From a virus (Duplodnaviria > Caudoviricetes), in IMG/VR virus record IMGVR_UViG_3300032332_000488, positions 1-34,185 of that record: a stretch of DNA of 34,185 bases; one strand, 5' to 3'. Every line of letters starts with the position of its first letter. Positions within the stretch are counted from its first letter, which is position 1. Made by a program: the position numbers and the translations under genes. Positions 32,502 to 34,185 of the stretch are shown piece after piece. The notes under the pieces were generated by a model, which saw nothing but the letters and a program-made list of their open reading frames with translations, was not told where the DNA came from and ran no database searches.

Positions 32502-32722
32502 GGTTTGTCTGCCTTATTGTCTAGCTTGTTGAAGATTTGTTTGAGGATATCTTTAACTTCAGAGATATCAACACGGTAATCATCTTTTGCCACATACTCT
32601 TTAGGAAGTTCATTTATCTTGTCCTCCAGACGTTGAATTTGCTTTGTCGCATTGTTGAATACAAAGACAGCAAGAAAACCAGCTATGCTGACTACGGCGT
32701 TGAATATCTGTTGGTTATCCAT
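32498..32722 (-). CDS. Small membrane-anchored coiled-coil protein
   Basis: N-terminal TM helix; LP..YV.KDDY..D......IF.KLD.K.DK. Confidence 0.7.
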   Translation of the reverse strand: MDNQQIFNAVVSIAGFLAVFVFNNATKQIQRLEDKINELPKEYVAKDDYRVDISEVKDILKQIFNKLDNKADKP

Positions 32723-32723
32723 G

Positions 32724-33308
32724 TTAGACAGCGTAGTAGGGGACTTTTACTACTGTCCCGTTGAGGTTGACTTGCATGAATCCAGCAGGTTGCAGAGGCA
32801 AACTTGCTATACCATATGTTGCTGTGACAGTGGTGTTTGACACATGGTTAAGCGTAGTTACGTTGGCAGTACCACCAATAATAGTTACGTTAGCTACAGT
32901 TAGGTTGCCTACGTTACTGGTAGTGCCACCTAATGTGAGAGTGGTGTTACCAAGTGTTAGGGTGCTGTTAGCTAGACCACTGTTTGGAATGGTTAACGAT
33001 GCTGTTACAGGGCTTGTGTTGTTAGCATACATGTATCCTGTAAGGGTTGTAACGGTCAGACTGGTTATGTTTGTTGTATCACCCGCATCTACTTTTTGCC
33101 AAATACTTCCGTTAAATACAGCCCAGTCACCCACACCCCACAAAGTAGTGCCATTTAAGTTGGTAGAACCAGCTACAGACACAACATAGTAGTCACCCTT
33201 AGTGCCCACGCTAGAGACAAGCGTAGGATTATTCGTACTTGCGTCCCAAGTACCTTTGTAATTAAGAGCGCCTATAGCGTTAATGACTGAACTGACTGTT
33301 TTTAACAT
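32724..33308 (-). CDS. Tail fibre-related protein
   Basis: YKGTWDASTN.PTL...G.YYVVSVAG...VGDW..FNG..WQK domain, Thr-rich shaft, VKVPYY end. Confidence 0.65.
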   Translation of the reverse strand: MLKTVSSVINAIGALNYKGTWDASTNNPTLVSSVGTKGDYYVVSVAGSTNLNGTTLWGVGDWAVFNGSIWQKVDAGDTTNITSLTVTTLTGYMYANNTSPVTASLTIPNSGLANSTLTLGNTTLTLGGTTSNVGNLTVANVTIIGGTANVTTLNHVSNTTVTATYGIASLPLQPAGFMQVNLNGTVVKVPYYAV

Positions 33309-33316
33309 GGTTTACC

Positions 33317-33649
33317 TTATGAACCATCGCCAGGTGTCACGTAGATAGTAGCGTTGCTACTAACGGTAATGCCTGTGAAATAAGCGTTGGGTAAAAAAGA
33401 AAGAATCTCATCTGTACCTGGCAACAGTGGAATAGATGAGCCTGTGGTAGTAATGACTGAAGCATTACTATTTGCACTAGCACCATCTGCACCGTAACCT
33501 AGAAAGACAGTAACAGAACCAGCGTTGATGATGCGGTACTGATTACCACCCAGCGTGGTAGATACGGCTTGTACAGCAGTAGGTGCTGTTGTAGCCGCTA
33601 GAAAGGTGACAGTGTTACCTGTCCTTGTGAAAGGTGAATTAACGCTCAT
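33317..33649 (-). CDS. Small beta-rich virion protein (paralogue of 24455..24805)
   Basis: 110 aa; SD AAGGAG; NQYRIIN and ATIYVTPGDG. Confidence 0.65.
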   Translation of the reverse strand: MSVNSPFTRTGNTVTFLAATTAPTAVQAVSTTLGGNQYRIINAGSVTVFLGYGADGASANSNASVITTTGSSIPLLPGTDEILSFLPNAYFTGITVSSNATIYVTPGDGS

Positions 33650-33651
33650 GT

Positions 33652-34185
33652 TTATGCTCCTTGTAGTGCGGCAATTTGTGCTTTTGCTGTGTCAAGCTCT
33701 GCTTTGAGTTCTTGAATTGCTGCAGTCAAAGTGGCAACCAAAAATGATGTGTCAATGCCTTGATACTTAGGCACTTCACGCTCGCCCATTACCGCATCAA
33801 CAAATGGTGTCAACTCAATACCATCTGCATCGTATGTTGCAGCAATAGCGGGGGTGATTTGATATGGCTGCATTTGTGTGCCATCTTTTTCGCCCAATAC
33901 GCAATCTGGAACAACCTCTTGTAATTCGTGAGCAATAAAACCTTGACCATGAGAGCCGTTTGATTTCCATTTGTAGGTGACTGGTTTAAGCAAGGCTACT
34001 TTAGCCAAAGCCCCAGTCATCGGCGCAATGTTTTCTTTCAAACGATAGTCAGAAGATGTGACATAGGATGTGGCAGTAGTTGTGATTTGTACTGAGCCAA
34101 CCTCAGTTCCTTGCCTTGCAAAAGAAACCACAATTCCATCTGAACTATTGCGATTGAATCGACCAGCAACTGTGTTATCTCTTGA
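33652..34185 (-). CDS. Tail fibre C-terminal part with peptidase S74 intramolecular chaperone
   Basis: SDYRLKENI cleavage motif, GFIAHELQEVVP, L..AIQELKAE coiled coil; continues the ORF starting at 723. Confidence 0.85.
   Translation of the reverse strand, partial: SRDNTVAGRFNRNSSDGIVVSFARQGTEVGSVQITTTATSYVTSSDYRLKENIAPMTGALAKVALLKPVTYKWKSNGSHGQGFIAHELQEVVPDCVLGEKDGTQMQPYQITPAIAATYDADGIELTPFVDAVMGEREVPKYQGIDTSFLVATLTAAIQELKAELDTAKAQIAALQGA
34063..34185. repeat. Terminal direct repeat, right copy
   Basis: Identical to 1-123. Confidence 0.95.

Noticed and set aside
200-33189. Numerous antisense ORFs in the track (e.g. 5037..5642, 6598..7299, 17482..18033, 28888..29388)
   Set aside because: They shadow well-supported genes on the opposite strand and lack SDs or motifs.
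1-34185. tRNA genes, integrase/att site, diversity-generating retroelement, alternative genetic code
   Set aside because: No cloverleaf with a T-loop consensus seen, no recombinase or reverse transcriptase ORF, and the standard code gives dense uninterrupted genes.

Overview
The window is a complete, circularly permuted tailed-phage genome. It has 34,062 unique bp, because 1-123 is repeated exactly at 34063-34185. Gene content is podovirus-like: large terminase, portal, scaffold, major capsid, adaptor, nozzle, fibres, four large internal/ejection proteins and an M15 endolysin, with no tape measure, sheath or integrase. Virion and lysis genes form one minus-strand block (13193 down through the junction to 22474). 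The plus-strand early/middle block (13874-22484) carries a short beta-clamp homologue, a cytosine-methylase-like gene, YqaJ exonuclease, RecT-like annealase, SSB-like protein, HNH endonuclease, a PD-(D/E)XK nuclease, a glycosyltransferase and a SAM methyltransferase. I recognise no polymerase, primase, helicase, initiator or protein repressor. The unusual content is mostly RNA-level. (1) Two tandem modules, each SD + 12-codon Lys/Arg micro-ORF + GNRA-type hairpin + H-type pseudoknot, share geometry but not sequence (7181-7376). (2) Two structurally homologous CI/C4-like junction RNAs carry different seeds, one with a cis target (16488-16578) and one free-standing (13229-13349). (3) A hairpin-dense non-coding tract follows the first of these. 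(4) A dnaX-style -1 frameshift signal would fuse the annealase to a winged HTH. (5) A CCTAACC(C) motif abuts the SD of six early genes and its complement is displayed in a third RNA fold. I also found an apparent ATT start codon and no GATC sites. All product calls come from motif recognition by eye, not database searches; a freshwater proteobacterial host is only a guess.
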